A stretch of 44,542 nt of DNA from Terriglobia bacterium (GTDB lineage Bacteria; Acidobacteriota; Terriglobia; Acidiferrales; UBA7541), in assembly GCA_041483755.1 (NCBI GenBank), contig JBGPGF010000001.1, forward strand, positions 1 to 44,542. The letters are read 5' to 3'. The notes beneath the pieces were generated by a model that saw only the letters and a program-made list of their open reading frames with translations, ran no database searches and was not told the DNA's origin. A program made the position numbers and the translations under genes. Positions 19,679 to 29,511 of this stretch are shown here, in pieces; position 1 is the first letter of the stretch, and each line of letters starts with the position of its first letter.

Positions 19679-22240
19679 ATGGCCAGCCACGGACAAGCAC
19701 AACCCGACGATGTCTTGCGCTTTCTGTCCGTTGCGGCGAATCCCGTCAGCACCAACCAGATCGCTGAGGCGTTGCATCTGGGCAAGGACGGGCGGCGTGC
19801 GCTGCACAAGATTCTCTCCAAACTAAAGAAACGCCGCGCCATTGAAGAACTCTCTGGCGGCCGCTACCAGCTCGCCCGACGGAAGAAAAAGGACGACCCA
19901 GCATCCCCGGCGCCTGCCGAACGGCAATCGCCGCAATCCTTTTCAGCGCGTTCCGCGGAGCGAGACGCCATCGCGGGACGCTTAATCCTTCACCGCGACG
20001 GCTACGGCTTTGTGGTGCCGGAGAAGCCGCTGCCGCAGGTCGAAGGCGACATCTTCATCGGCCGCGACGCGATCGAAGACGCCATGCACGGCGACCGCGT
20101 TCTTGTCCGCATCGAGCGCCGGAGCTTCCCGCCCGCCGCCGCGCGTGGGCGTTCCGCTCCCGGCGCGCTTCGCGCAGAAGGACGCATCGTTCGCGTCCTT
20201 GGCCGCGCGCACGCGTCTGTGGTTGGTCTTTTCCGCTACGGTGCGCGCGGAAACGCCGTCCTTCCCTACGATGCCCGGATGCAGCACGAGGTCGCGATTC
20301 CTCCAGGAGAAGAAGTCACTCCGCAGCTTCGCGAAAAGCTGGGCCTATCTTCAGACGCCGCGCCAGGCGCCCCGCGCAAGCGCGCGCCTCACCTGCCGGA
20401 GCTCGACGGCGCCGTCGTCAACGTAGAAATTCTCCACTACCCGCGCGGCGGCGCGGGCCCGACGGGGCGCGTGGTCGAAATCCTCGGCCGGCCGGGCGAG
20501 CTCGGCGTGGACATCGAAATCATCATTCGCAAGCACCATCTGCCTCACGCTTTCGCACCCGAAGCGATCGAAGAAGCGGAATGCGCCGCCCGACCGGTTT
20601 CCGCCGAAGCTCTGGCCGGCCGCGAGGATTTTCGCCACCTGCCGATTGTCACGATTGATGGGGAAACCGCGCGCGACTTCGACGACGCGGTTTACGTCGA
20701 GCGCCACGCCAATGGCAGCTGGCACCTCGCCGTGCACATCGCCGACGTGGCGCACTACGTTCGCGCGGGTTCGGTGCTCGACCGCGAAGCGCGGCTCCGC
20801 GGCACTTCCGTTTATTTCCCGGACCGCGCCGTGCCCATGCTGCCCGAAGTTCTTTCGAACGGTATCTGCTCGCTCAATCCGCGCGAAGATCGCTTCGTGA
20901 TGAGCGCGCTGATGGAATTCGGCGCCACGGGCGAGATGACCACCGCGCGGTTTACTTCCGGCGTTATCCGTTCCACCGAGCGCATGACCTACACGAACGT
21001 AAACAAAGTGCTCGAAGGCGACGCCGAGATTGCCGGGCGCTACGCCGCGCTGGCTCCGCGCTTCCGCGATATGAAGGAGCTTGCCCTGCTCCTGAATGCG
21101 CGCCGCAACGAGCACGGCTCGATTGATTTCGACCTGCCCGAACGCGTCATCGAGTTCGACGCCGAGCAGCGCATGACCGGCATCACGCGCAGCGAGCGCA
21201 ACATCGCTCATCGCCTCATCGAGGAATTCATGCTGGCCGCCAACCGCGCCGTCGCCGGCTATCTCGAAAAGCGCGGCATCGCCTCGCTCCATCGCGTGCA
21301 CGAACAGCCCGACGCCAAGAAAATCCTGGAGTTCGAAGAGCTGGCGCGCGCTTTTGGCTATTCGCTGGGCGTCGAGAATCTCTTCGAACGCGTCGTCACC
21401 GTCCGCCACGGAAAAACTCCGGCTCCAGCGCGTGGCGGACGCCCCGATTCCTACGGGCACGGCCGCGAGCGCGACATGCGCGTCGCGCTGCCCGGCTCCG
21501 CGGAAATTCGCATTACACCGCGCAATTACCAGAAGCTTTTGCAAAAGATCACTGGGAAGACCGAAGAGCGCATTGTCTCCTACCTGATGCTGCGTTCGCT
21601 CAAGCAAGCGCGCTACGCCGCCGACGCGCTCGGCCATTTCGCGCTGGGCTTTGACTGGTACACGCATTTTACTTCGCCCATTCGCCGCTATCCGGACCTC
21701 ATCGTCCACCGCATCCTCAAATGGGCGCTGGCGCATCAGGAGGCAGCGGCGCCATTGCCGTCGGAGGCAGGCCGCACGCCGCCCGGCACGGAAGCAGCGC
21801 TCTATCCGCGCGCGCAGCTCGAAGAGATGGCCGCCGAAACATCGGAATTGGAGCGCCGCGCCGACGGCGCCGAGCGCGAATTGATGGATTGGAAGACGGC
21901 GCAGTTCATGGAAGAACACCTCGGCGAGGAGTACGACGCGCTGATTATCTCGGTGCAGAAGTACGGCTGCTTCGTCGAGCTGTTCGAGGTTTTCGTCGAG
22001 GGATTGCTGCCCATCGGAGCGCTGGAGGAAGCGGCGGGCGGGCGCTGCATCTATCGGGAACGCGACCACGCCATTGTGGCGTTGCTCGAAGGCGGGCGCG
22101 GCGGTTCCCATTCACGTCGGCGTGCCGGCACAAAACCTACCGCGCTGGCCTGGCGGCTCGGCGACCGCGTGCGCGTCCGCGCCGAGCGCATTGACCCCAT
22201 GCGCCACCGCGTGGAATTCGCTATCGCGGCAAGCGGCTGA
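19679..22240 (+). CDS. rnr: Ribonuclease R
   Basis: N-terminal HTH, cold-shock domain HRDGYGFV, RNB motifs TIDGETARDFDDA and YTHFTSPIRRYPDL, C-terminal S1. Confidence 0.94.
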   Translation: MASHGQAQPDDVLRFLSVAANPVSTNQIAEALHLGKDGRRALHKILSKLKKRRAIEELSGGRYQLARRKKKDDPASPAPAERQSPQSFSARSAERDAIAGRLILHRDGYGFVVPEKPLPQVEGDIFIGRDAIEDAMHGDRVLVRIERRSFPPAAARGRSAPGALRAEGRIVRVLGRAHASVVGLFRYGARGNAVLPYDARMQHEVAIPPGEEVTPQLREKLGLSSDAAPGAPRKRAPHLPELDGAVVNVEILHYPRGGAGPTGRVVEILGRPGELGVDIEIIIRKHHLPHAFAPEAIEEAECAARPVSAEALAGREDFRHLPIVTIDGETARDFDDAVYVERHANGSWHLAVHIADVAHYVRAGSVLDREARLRGTSVYFPDRAVPMLPEVLSNGICSLNPREDRFVMSALMEFGATGEMTTARFTSGVIRSTERMTYTNVNKVLEGDAEIAGRYAALAPRFRDMKELALLLNARRNEHGSIDFDLPERVIEFDAEQRMTGITRSERNIAHRLIEEFMLAANRAVAGYLEKRGIASLHRVHEQPDAKKILEFEELARAFGYSLGVENLFERVVTVRHGKTPAPARGGRPDSYGHGRERDMRVALPGSAEIRITPRNYQKLLQKITGKTEERIVSYLMLRSLKQARYAADALGHFALGFDWYTHFTSPIRRYPDLIVHRILKWALAHQEAAAPLPSEAGRTPPGTEAALYPRAQLEEMAAETSELERRADGAERELMDWKTAQFMEEHLGEEYDALIISVQKYGCFVELFEVFVEGLLPIGALEEAAGGRCIYRERDHAIVALLEGGRGGSHSRRRAGTKPTALAWRLGDRVRVRAERIDPMRHRVEFAIAASG

Positions 22241-22261
22241 AATATCCGTGGAGAGCAGCGA

Positions 22262-24118
22262 TCACAAATCGTGGAGATCTCCGGTAGGAATCGCGACGCG
22301 CACGGCATTTAAGACCACAATCACATCTATAATTTCCTGCGTGATCGCTCCAGCGATCGGCGGCAGATAGCCAAACGCAGCCGCGATCATCCCAAGCATG
22401 CTGGCCACCATGCCGCCCAAGGCGCTTTGCAGGGCGATCCGGCGCATCCTTCGCCCGATGTGGATCAATTCATCGATTTTTTGAAGCGACGTTTCGAGTA
22501 CGACCGCATCCGCGGCTTCCGTGGTGATATCACTGTTCGAGCCGAAGGCCACGCCGACCGTGGCCGCCATCAACGCCGGTGCGTCGTTGATCCCGTCGCC
22601 CACGAAGAGAGTTTTGCTGACCGCGGTTTCTCTCTGAACGATAGCGACTTTTTCTTCCGGGCTTTTCCCGGCATGCACTTCCGTGATCCCCACGCTCTCC
22701 GCCAGGTAGCGGACCTCCGATTCGCGGTCCCCGGAGATCAGCAAGACGCGGCGAATGCCGTGCCGCGGCCGTAAATGCTGGATGAAGAGGCGAGAGTCCT
22801 TCCGCGGCGCGTCGTGAAAGCGCATTGTGGCGGCGTAGCGTTCGTCAATGAAGGCAACGCATTCCAGGCCGCCGGCCAACGGGGGCAGAGAGAGCCTCTT
22901 GTCCGCGATTTTGCCGCGGCCCGTGATCAGCACGGTGTGCCCGCCCACTGTTCCGCGCAAGCCTTCTCCGGGCCGTTCGCTCAGTTGATCCACTGCCGTC
23001 AGCGTTAGGCCCTCGTCCTTTGCCGCCGATACGATGGCGCCGGCGAGCGGGTGCTTGGAATACTGTTCCAGGCTGCCGGCCAGGCGCAGAACCTCCGCCC
23101 TATCATCGCCGGGAGCGCAGAGGACCTCCGTGAGTGTTGGCCGGCCGTAGGTGAGTGTTCCGGTCTTGTCGAAGATAAGCGTGCGGCAGGAATCGATCTG
23201 TTCCAAAATCGCGGGGTTCTTGATGATGATGGCGCGGCGCGCGGAGAGGGATATGGCCCCAATAACAGCCACCGGAATGCCGATTAGCAGAGGACATGGC
23301 GTGGCGACCACCACAACCGCCAGGAAACGATGTGCATCGCCCGCGATCAGGGCCGCGATCACACCCACGGCGAGTGCCAGCGGCGTGTACCAAGCCCCGA
23401 GCTGATCGCCCAATCTCCGCAGCCGCGGCCGCTGCTGCGCGGTTGCGCTCATCACCTGCATGATGCGCGCGTAGCGCGAATCAGCTGCCAGCTTCTCGGC
23501 TTGGATGACCAGCGCCGTGTCGCCATTGATGGCCCCGGAAATGACCTGTGAGCCGGGCGTCTTCGACATTTCGTAGGGCTCGCCGGTGAGGTAGGCCTCG
23601 TTCATCACGCCATGGCCTTCGATCACCGCGCCGTCCACAGGGCAGATTTCGTGCGGGTAAACCACGAGCACGTCGCCGATGCGGATGTCCTTGAGGCGCA
23701 CATCGGCGACCACCGAGCCCTGCCGGCTGTGCGCGATGCTGGGCATGCGCCGCGCGAGGGCGTCGAGGACTGACGAAGCTCGGACCTTCGCGAAGTGTTC
23801 GAGCGCCTCCCCACCGGAAAGCATCAGCACCACGATCGTCGCCACCAGATACTGCTGGAGCGCCACGGCCGTCAGGATCGAAACCCCAGCTAGAAGATCG
23901 GATCCGAATTCCTTTTGGAAAAGTTTTCGGCCGAGATTGAGGACCAGCGGCACTCCGCCGAGCAATAATGCCGCATAAAGGGGCAGAGGCGCCGCCCAAC
24001 GGGACAGGCCGGGGCCGTAGCGCAGCAGCAGGTGAAGGAAGATTGCAACGATGGTTGCAATCGCTACAAAAGCTTCCGTGGGGAGTTTCGATAAAACGAT
24101 TCTGCGGAACTTCGACAC
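22262..24118 (-). CDS. Heavy-metal P-type ATPase, subclass P1B-5
   Basis: [18 protein letters not shown]; TM motifs [18 protein letters not shown] and [18 protein letters not shown]. Confidence 0.92.
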   Translation of the reverse strand: MSKFRRIVLSKLPTEAFVAIATIVAIFLHLLLRYGPGLSRWAAPLPLYAALLLGGVPLVLNLGRKLFQKEFGSDLLAGVSILTAVALQQYLVATIVVLMLSGGEALEHFAKVRASSVLDALARRMPSIAHSRQGSVVADVRLKDIRIGDVLVVYPHEICPVDGAVIEGHGVMNEAYLTGEPYEMSKTPGSQVISGAINGDTALVIQAEKLAADSRYARIMQVMSATAQQRPRLRRLGDQLGAWYTPLALAVGVIAALIAGDAHRFLAVVVVATPCPLLIGIPVAVIGAISLSARRAIIIKNPAILEQIDSCRTLIFDKTGTLTYGRPTLTEVLCAPGDDRAEVLRLAGSLEQYSKHPLAGAIVSAAKDEGLTLTAVDQLSERPGEGLRGTVGGHTVLITGRGKIADKRLSLPPLAGGLECVAFIDERYAATMRFHDAPRKDSRLFIQHLRPRHGIRRVLLISGDRESEVRYLAESVGITEVHAGKSPEEKVAIVQRETAVSKTLFVGDGINDAPALMAATVGVAFGSNSDITTEAADAVVLETSLQKIDELIHIGRRMRRIALQSALGGMVASMLGMIAAAFGYLPPIAGAITQEIIDVIVVLNAVRVAIPTGDLHDL

Positions 24119-24287
24119 AGGCGAGTGTACATCACATGGCGGAGATGAATTGCAAGGATCACCCTGCTTTTTCGAGGCGACGCAAGATGAAATTGACTTT
24201 CATTTCAGACAGGGAATTGCACTTGCCTTGCAACAGCGAAGGAAGCAAGATCCTCGAAACGGAGTCGCGCGGCCTGAGGTTCAAACG

Positions 24288-24848
24288 TTAGCGAGCTGGG
24301 GCACCGGCGGTGCGAATACTGAGAAGAATGCGCCGCAAGGGCCGGGTCAGGTGAGCTGCGGCGCGGACAAGCGCATACCACAACCGGCTGTGTGCGGAGA
24401 TTTGGGAGATGATCAGCCCCAGAGCGACCTGCTTCGGCGAGTCGAGATCAATCCGGCGGTTCCGGCGGTAGATCCGCACCACGCGTCCAAGGATTTCTTC
24501 GCCCTTCAAAAGGCCGTCTGGCCCCGGCTGGGCATCACCCTTGGCCAGAAACTGCGTTCCATTGAGTCCATCGCGCTTTTCGACCAAGCGATGGACGAAG
24601 AGGCGCTCGTCCCGCGCGAACAGCACGACGTCGCCGCAGCGCGCTGAATCCGCGGAGTTGCGCCGCACGAGCGCCACGTCGCCGGGGCGCACCCAGGGAA
24701 GCATGCTTGACCCGCGCACCCGTAGGCTCACGCGGCCGCGTTGCTGCAGGCGTTCGCGGATGCGCAGCGTGTCGCTGGCGCGGCGCTCGCCTTCCATGTT
24801 GCGTTCCGCCGGCCGGTTCTCGCTGCGCCGTTCTGTGGCTGCGTTCAC
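24288..24848 (-). CDS. S24/S26 family (signal peptidase I-like) peptidase
   Basis: GSSMLPWVRPGD, VHRL and AKGD motifs; GTG start with GGAG RBS. Confidence 0.85.
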   Translation of the reverse strand: MNAATERRSENRPAERNMEGERRASDTLRIRERLQQRGRVSLRVRGSSMLPWVRPGDVALVRRNSADSARCGDVVLFARDERLFVHRLVEKRDGLNGTQFLAKGDAQPGPDGLLKGEEILGRVVRIYRRNRRIDLDSPKQVALGLIISQISAHSRLWYALVRAAAHLTRPLRRILLSIRTAGAPAR

Positions 24849-24855
24849 TTGCTCC

Positions 24856-25332
24856 TCACGGCTGAAACTCGATGTTCTGCTGAGCCACAAGCTGTCCATC
24901 GAGGGAAATTTGTATAGCCCATTGCCCGGTCACTTCGCGCTGGACGATCCACGTTCCCGCGACGGGCACGAGCATGCTGGTTTGCGAACTTGCGTCCGGC
25001 ACATCGGCAAGGAACGCTACATTCCGCGTTTGGTACACGCCTCCGCCGGGTTCCATGATTTCGATCGTTCCCGTGTGCGTGCCTTCCGGAACGTGGCTCC
25101 AGTTGATCGTGATCGAAAGATCGCGCAGGCTGGCCAGTGAGTAGGCAGCCTCACTCGCGCAGCCGCCTTCGGTCTTGTTGCAGGCCATGACGGTTGCGGC
25201 AGGCTGCGGCGCAAGGAAAACGTTCCCTCCGCCAGCCGCCGCGCATCCCGTCAGACTCGCCGACGCCAGCGCCAGCAGCGCTAGCGCCGCCGCGGTTTCC
25301 CATCGTGATGTCCATGCGTGCCGCATCTTCAT
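24856..25332 (-). CDS. Lipoprotein of unknown function
   Basis: Hydrophobic signal with LTGC lipobox; beta-sandwich-like C-terminus. Confidence 0.78.
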   Translation of the reverse strand: MKMRHAWTSRWETAAALALLALASASLTGCAAAGGGNVFLAPQPAATVMACNKTEGGCASEAAYSLASLRDLSITINWSHVPEGTHTGTIEIMEPGGGVYQTRNVAFLADVPDASSQTSMLVPVAGTWIVQREVTGQWAIQISLDGQLVAQQNIEFQP

Positions 25333-25335
25333 TTC

Positions 25336-27627
25336 TCAGAAAGGAATCGTGAATCCATACGCGCGCTGATCGTTCGTCGTCGTCGAGACGTAAACGCGGT
25401 TCAACGCCAGGTCCAGCCCGGGGTCCCCCACCACCGCGGGGTAAAACGTATTGACCACGCGCTGTTTTCCGATCGTCCCGTCGGCCATGTTCAGCTCATC
25501 AATAAATCCATTGCCTGTCCCCACGTACACTTTCCCGTTCGGGACGGAAACCACCGGCGCCGAGGGCGACGTTATCGCCGGGCTGTCCCACACGCTCGTG
25601 AATGTATTCGTCGCCGCCGTGAATCTCACGGCGTGGACCTTTGTGCTGCCGCTGACCACGACGCGGAACGGCGAGACGTCGTCCACGATGTAGGGGAAAC
25701 CGCGAAGGGCGCCGTCGCCGACGTTGATCGAGCCCAGCGTCGCGCCGGAAACCGGATTGATCGCGTAGAGGATTCCGGCATTCGTCCCGACAAAGAGAAC
25801 ATCGCTCGAATAGGTGAGCGAAGGGCTGCTGTCTATATCCGTGCCGCCCAGGTTGGTTCCAAAGAGCACGGCGCCCGTAACGGGATTCAGCTTCCAGAGG
25901 TTGCGCTGCGCCGCGCCGGCGTTGCTGTGGCTGGTCACCCAAATAGCGTTGTGAATGTAGTCCACGGTCGGAGTCGAGCTGATGATGTCGAGGGCCGTGG
26001 TTGCTCCCGCGCTGCCGGTGTAAGTCCAGATGGTCGCGCCGGTATTGCCGTTCAGGCCGACGATGCGGTTTGCCGACGTGGTGCCGCCATTGCGTGTTCC
26101 GGCGACGACCAAATCATTCGCGAGAGTGAACCCGGCTCCACTGTACGTCTTCACCTGCACGGCCGCGCCGCCCTGAAAGAGATTCGCGGCGGCGCCGGTG
26201 GGATTCACGAGCCAAAGGATCTGCCCCGTCACCGTATCCACTGCGTAGATGAAGCCGTCCTGCGCGGTGACGTAAGCGGCCTGCTTAGCGATGGAAGCGT
26301 CGCCCGCATCCAACACGGGCGGCCGGCCGGAGATGATTCCTCCCAGCGCGACGGCCGGATAAATGCGAAGCCCGGAACTTGCATCCAGTCCAAAAAGCTG
26401 GTCGGTATCGGCGCCGATGTCCACCTGCGAACCCGGCACAAGCCCGGGCGCAGCCAGCGTGGTCGAATGGGTAGCCACCATCCACGCGGGCGCTTGCGTG
26501 CTCCCCGCCGGATTGGGCATGGCGCCCACTTCCGCCGTGTATGTGGAGCTGCCCTCGCGCGGCGCAGCGAGCCCCGCGGGGCTCGAGGTGTAGTTGAACA
26601 GCGTGTCGTAAAGAAACACTTTGTAGTAGTACATCGTCCCGTTCGTCAGTCCGCCGCAGGTATTGTCCGCGAAGCTTGTGCCCGCGCCGGTATAGACCAC
26701 CGTTCCGTTCCCGACGGTTGAACAGAGCGCGATCGAAGCGGGATTCGTGCCATCCGCCGGCGCCGAGCTTTTGTCCACCGGCGCGGTCGCGCGGCGCAGG
26801 ATCACGACGCCGACATACGGTTCGAGCAGCGTCGCACCCGGGAGAGCCGTCATGGTCGCCGGACTCGTCCAGTTCAGCGTGATCGAGCTGTTTCCCGGCG
26901 TCACCGTAAGATTCCGGACGTTTTGGAGGTAGTTGATGGTCAGCGAAGGCCGGTTGGCCGGAGTCGCGTCTTGCTTCGAGCTGAAGATCGTTGTCCGGAC
27001 CGTCCCACTGTTTTCCGTCTGGTCGCGGATGAGTGTGCCGAAATTCGCGGTGCTGTTGTACCAGCTCTGGACGTCCCGCGTGAGCGTCCAACTGATACTT
27101 GTGCCCGCGCTGGCCGTGGTGACGGCGGCAGTGCTGGTCACCATTCCGTAAAGGTCGCCCCCGGCTGCGCCCCAAGCCGTTCCCGATGCGCGGTTCGTCC
27201 AACTCGTGTTCGTTCCGTCCCAAAAGCTGGTGAGGAGGTACGCGCCATAGGTGCGGTTGTTTGTTGGCGCGGTAACCACGTGCAGCGTCAGCGTTGCGCT
27301 CTTGATCCCCGCATTGGGTAGGACCGAAAGGTCAAACAAGACCAAGGCTCGCCGCGCTTGGCCTGTCCGTGACTGAACCTGAAGAGTTGTCGCGCCGGCG
27401 TTTGTTCCTGCCGGGTTGTTTTGATCAATCCAGGTATCGGCTGCGCGAAGCTGGGCGTTCGAGCCCGCCTTCTGAATGACTACCTGCTCACGGGCGGAAA
27501 GAGGCGGTGACGCGAGGAGTTGAGCCACAAGAGCGCCAAAGCCGCAGAGTAGTGCGCCCCAAGACTCGCTCTTCCAATTTTGACGTTGTCCAAGCATGAC
27601 CGTGAGCCGAACTGAAACACCGACCAC
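25336..27627 (-). CDS. Secreted multidomain protein: DNRLRE-like domain, FN3-like domain, PQQ/BamB-type beta-propeller
   Basis: ADTWID, RRALVLFDLS and ANRPSLTI (DNRLRE-like); VTPGNSSITLNW and LTNGTMYYYKVF (FN3); repeated IYAVD..TG..W and SSP blades; start uncertain (27627 or 27597). Confidence 0.82.
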   Translation of the reverse strand: MVGVSVRLTVMLGQRQNWKSESWGALLCGFGALVAQLLASPPLSAREQVVIQKAGSNAQLRAADTWIDQNNPAGTNAGATTLQVQSRTGQARRALVLFDLSVLPNAGIKSATLTLHVVTAPTNNRTYGAYLLTSFWDGTNTSWTNRASGTAWGAAGGDLYGMVTSTAAVTTASAGTSISWTLTRDVQSWYNSTANFGTLIRDQTENSGTVRTTIFSSKQDATPANRPSLTINYLQNVRNLTVTPGNSSITLNWTSPATMTALPGATLLEPYVGVVILRRATAPVDKSSAPADGTNPASIALCSTVGNGTVVYTGAGTSFADNTCGGLTNGTMYYYKVFLYDTLFNYTSSPAGLAAPREGSSTYTAEVGAMPNPAGSTQAPAWMVATHSTTLAAPGLVPGSQVDIGADTDQLFGLDASSGLRIYPAVALGGIISGRPPVLDAGDASIAKQAAYVTAQDGFIYAVDTVTGQILWLVNPTGAAANLFQGGAAVQVKTYSGAGFTLANDLVVAGTRNGGTTSANRIVGLNGNTGATIWTYTGSAGATTALDIISSTPTVDYIHNAIWVTSHSNAGAAQRNLWKLNPVTGAVLFGTNLGGTDIDSSPSLTYSSDVLFVGTNAGILYAINPVSGATLGSINVGDGALRGFPYIVDDVSPFRVVVSGSTKVHAVRFTAATNTFTSVWDSPAITSPSAPVVSVPNGKVYVGTGNGFIDELNMADGTIGKQRVVNTFYPAVVGDPGLDLALNRVYVSTTTNDQRAYGFTIPF

Positions 27628-27814
27628 GAAGGCGTTCGCGAAGGGGACAGTTCATGCCTCTAGGGCTAGCCTGATGTTTCAGCTTGGGACGGTCAATGGG
27701 ACTAATGTACGTTTTTGCCCAAAAGGACAGTATCGGTGCGAGACAGTCACTGTACCTGTATGGCGGGAGAGCGGGAACTATTGGACGTTGTATAAGCTAT
27801 TGTATATTAACAAC

Positions 27815-27985
27815 TTACGAGCGCCTGGGGGCCGCGTTGCAGACTCCCCCCTGGCCAGGGAGCTTGCCGCAAGCCAGAGCTAGAGTCTCGTAGATCGGTT
27901 CGGACTGGACGCTCGGCTTCGAATAGGGCTTCTTGCCCGCTACGGAGCCCGAAGCGCCGGTGTCGGGTTTGTTTTCGTCAGACAT
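27815..27985 (-). CDS. Putative RiPP precursor peptide, 56 aa (not in ORF track)
   Basis: MSDENKPDTGASGSVAGKKPYSKPSVQSEPIYETLALACGKLPGQGGVCNAAPRRS*; starts 15 nt after the rSAM stop; YxxP leader motif typical of RRE-bound peptides. Confidence 0.85.
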   Translation of the reverse strand: MSDENKPDTGASGSVAGKKPYSKPSVQSEPIYETLALACGKLPGQGGVCNAAPRRS

Positions 27986-28000
27986 ACCTATCCATAATCC

Positions 28001-29206
28001 TTACACCAAACTGGGCTCGAGAGTACGAAGTTTTCCACACGGGGGTTCCGTTTCAGATAACGAGCGCCCGTTCTGCTGCAGATGCAGTGCACTCACTGGA
28101 TCGCTAACACCTGCCAGGCGTGCCTTCTGCTCGGCCAGTTCGCAAGCGCGTTCATAGGCACCGAGCAGGTCGCCGCCTTCCATCAACGCGAGTCCCGGGC
28201 AGCGTTCGCAGTACGCTCGTATCGTACAGGTCGAGCAGACCGGCATTTGGCTCTCGCGGACCGCGCGGACGCGCTTGAGAGCCGGCGAGCCCTCCCAGAT
28301 ATCGCGAAACCGATCGCGGCGCAGGTTGCCCGCAGCCATGGGCAACTGCACGCAGGGATACAGATCGCCATAGGGCGAGACGTAGCAACTGTTGTGTCCC
28401 GCGCTGCAGGGAATGTCCTCGTAGGCGCTGCTCTCGATCCCGCTCGATACGGCGCTGCCCAGCGCGGACACTGGGGCATCTGCCGCTGGGCTTGCCTGCG
28501 CGGCCGCAGCCGGAGCGCGGCACGGATTCAGCACCGGGTCCTGCAGGATTGTCATGAGCTGCCCGGTCGTGGCGCGCAGCGCCAGCGGGCCTTCGTTGCC
28601 GTCCATCATCGGCGTAATCGTCAGGTCGAAGACGTAGCCGACGCCGAGCCGCTCCGCCAGAGCCAGCACGCCGCGGTAATCCCCGAGGTTCTGCGTCATC
28701 AAGGGGCACGCGAACTTCACGAGGATTCCGGTGCGGAGGAGCAGCGGCACCGCCGCCAGCGTTCGTCCGAGCGATCCCGGTATTTTGGTGACCGCGTCGT
28801 GGACCGCGGGTTTGTCGCTGTACACGCTAATCTGCACGCGCCGCACGCCGAGTTCGTGCAGGTGCGCGGCACGCTCCGCCGTGATCAGCAGCGCGTTCGT
28901 CTTGAGGCTCACGTCGAAGTGCAGCCGCCGCGCCGCGTCCAGAATTTCGAATAGGTCCGGCCGGAGAAAAATTTCGCCGCCGCTGAAAGTCAGAAAGAGC
29001 GTTCCCGCGCCAGCCAGCTCTTCGAGTACGTGAAGAACTTCGGCCGTGGACAATTCTCCATGGTCCTCGTGGTCGAGATAGCAGTGCACGCACCGCTCGT
29101 TACAGCGATACGTCAGATCGAAATGAACGCTCAACGGCCTGTGCCGCCGCACGGTTCGTGCGATCAAGCGGTCCATCACCGGCGTCGGTGCCGCTGCTGT
29201 GCTCAT
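28001..29206 (-). CDS. Radical SAM/SPASM domain peptide maturase
   Basis: CNERCVHC (CxxxCxxC), SGGE, SPASM cysteines CSAG...YPC...CSTC...CERCPG...C. Confidence 0.95.
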   Translation of the reverse strand: MSTAAAPTPVMDRLIARTVRRHRPLSVHFDLTYRCNERCVHCYLDHEDHGELSTAEVLHVLEELAGAGTLFLTFSGGEIFLRPDLFEILDAARRLHFDVSLKTNALLITAERAAHLHELGVRRVQISVYSDKPAVHDAVTKIPGSLGRTLAAVPLLLRTGILVKFACPLMTQNLGDYRGVLALAERLGVGYVFDLTITPMMDGNEGPLALRATTGQLMTILQDPVLNPCRAPAAAAQASPAADAPVSALGSAVSSGIESSAYEDIPCSAGHNSCYVSPYGDLYPCVQLPMAAGNLRRDRFRDIWEGSPALKRVRAVRESQMPVCSTCTIRAYCERCPGLALMEGGDLLGAYERACELAEQKARLAGVSDPVSALHLQQNGRSLSETEPPCGKLRTLEPSLV

Positions 29207-29511
29207 CGCGAAGAATCTCCCGCGCTTCCATTCGCCGCCAGAACCACGAGCCGCTGCCCCGCGAGTTCCTCCAGAAGCGCTTCCGTGTCCGCGAGGGCGA
29301 TTTCGGAGGTTACGATGTACTCTGATCGCAGAAGCGCGGCGATCTCCGCCGCAGTGCGCTGACCGTCCACATGCTTCCAGATAAAGCTGCCCGTGTCGTT
29401 CAGCTCGTGCATGACGCTGTCGCCGGGAGAAATGATCACGGTCTCGCCGTCAATCTCCCGCCAGGCAAGCGCCGGATTCTTCTGCCACAGGGGCGCGGAA
29501 GGGCTGTTCAT
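29203..29511 (-). CDS. PqqD family protein (RiPP recognition element)
   Basis: AWREIDGETVI, LNDTGSFIWKHVDG, DTEALLEEL; ATGA overlaps on both sides. Confidence 0.93.
   Translation of the reverse strand: MNSPSAPLWQKNPALAWREIDGETVIISPGDSVMHELNDTGSFIWKHVDGQRTAAEIAALLRSEYIVTSEIALADTEALLEELAGQRLVVLAANGSAGDSSR

Noticed and set aside
19199-19680. Integrative element at tRNA-Leu
   Set aside because: No integrase and no duplicated tRNA 3' end seen; rnr follows
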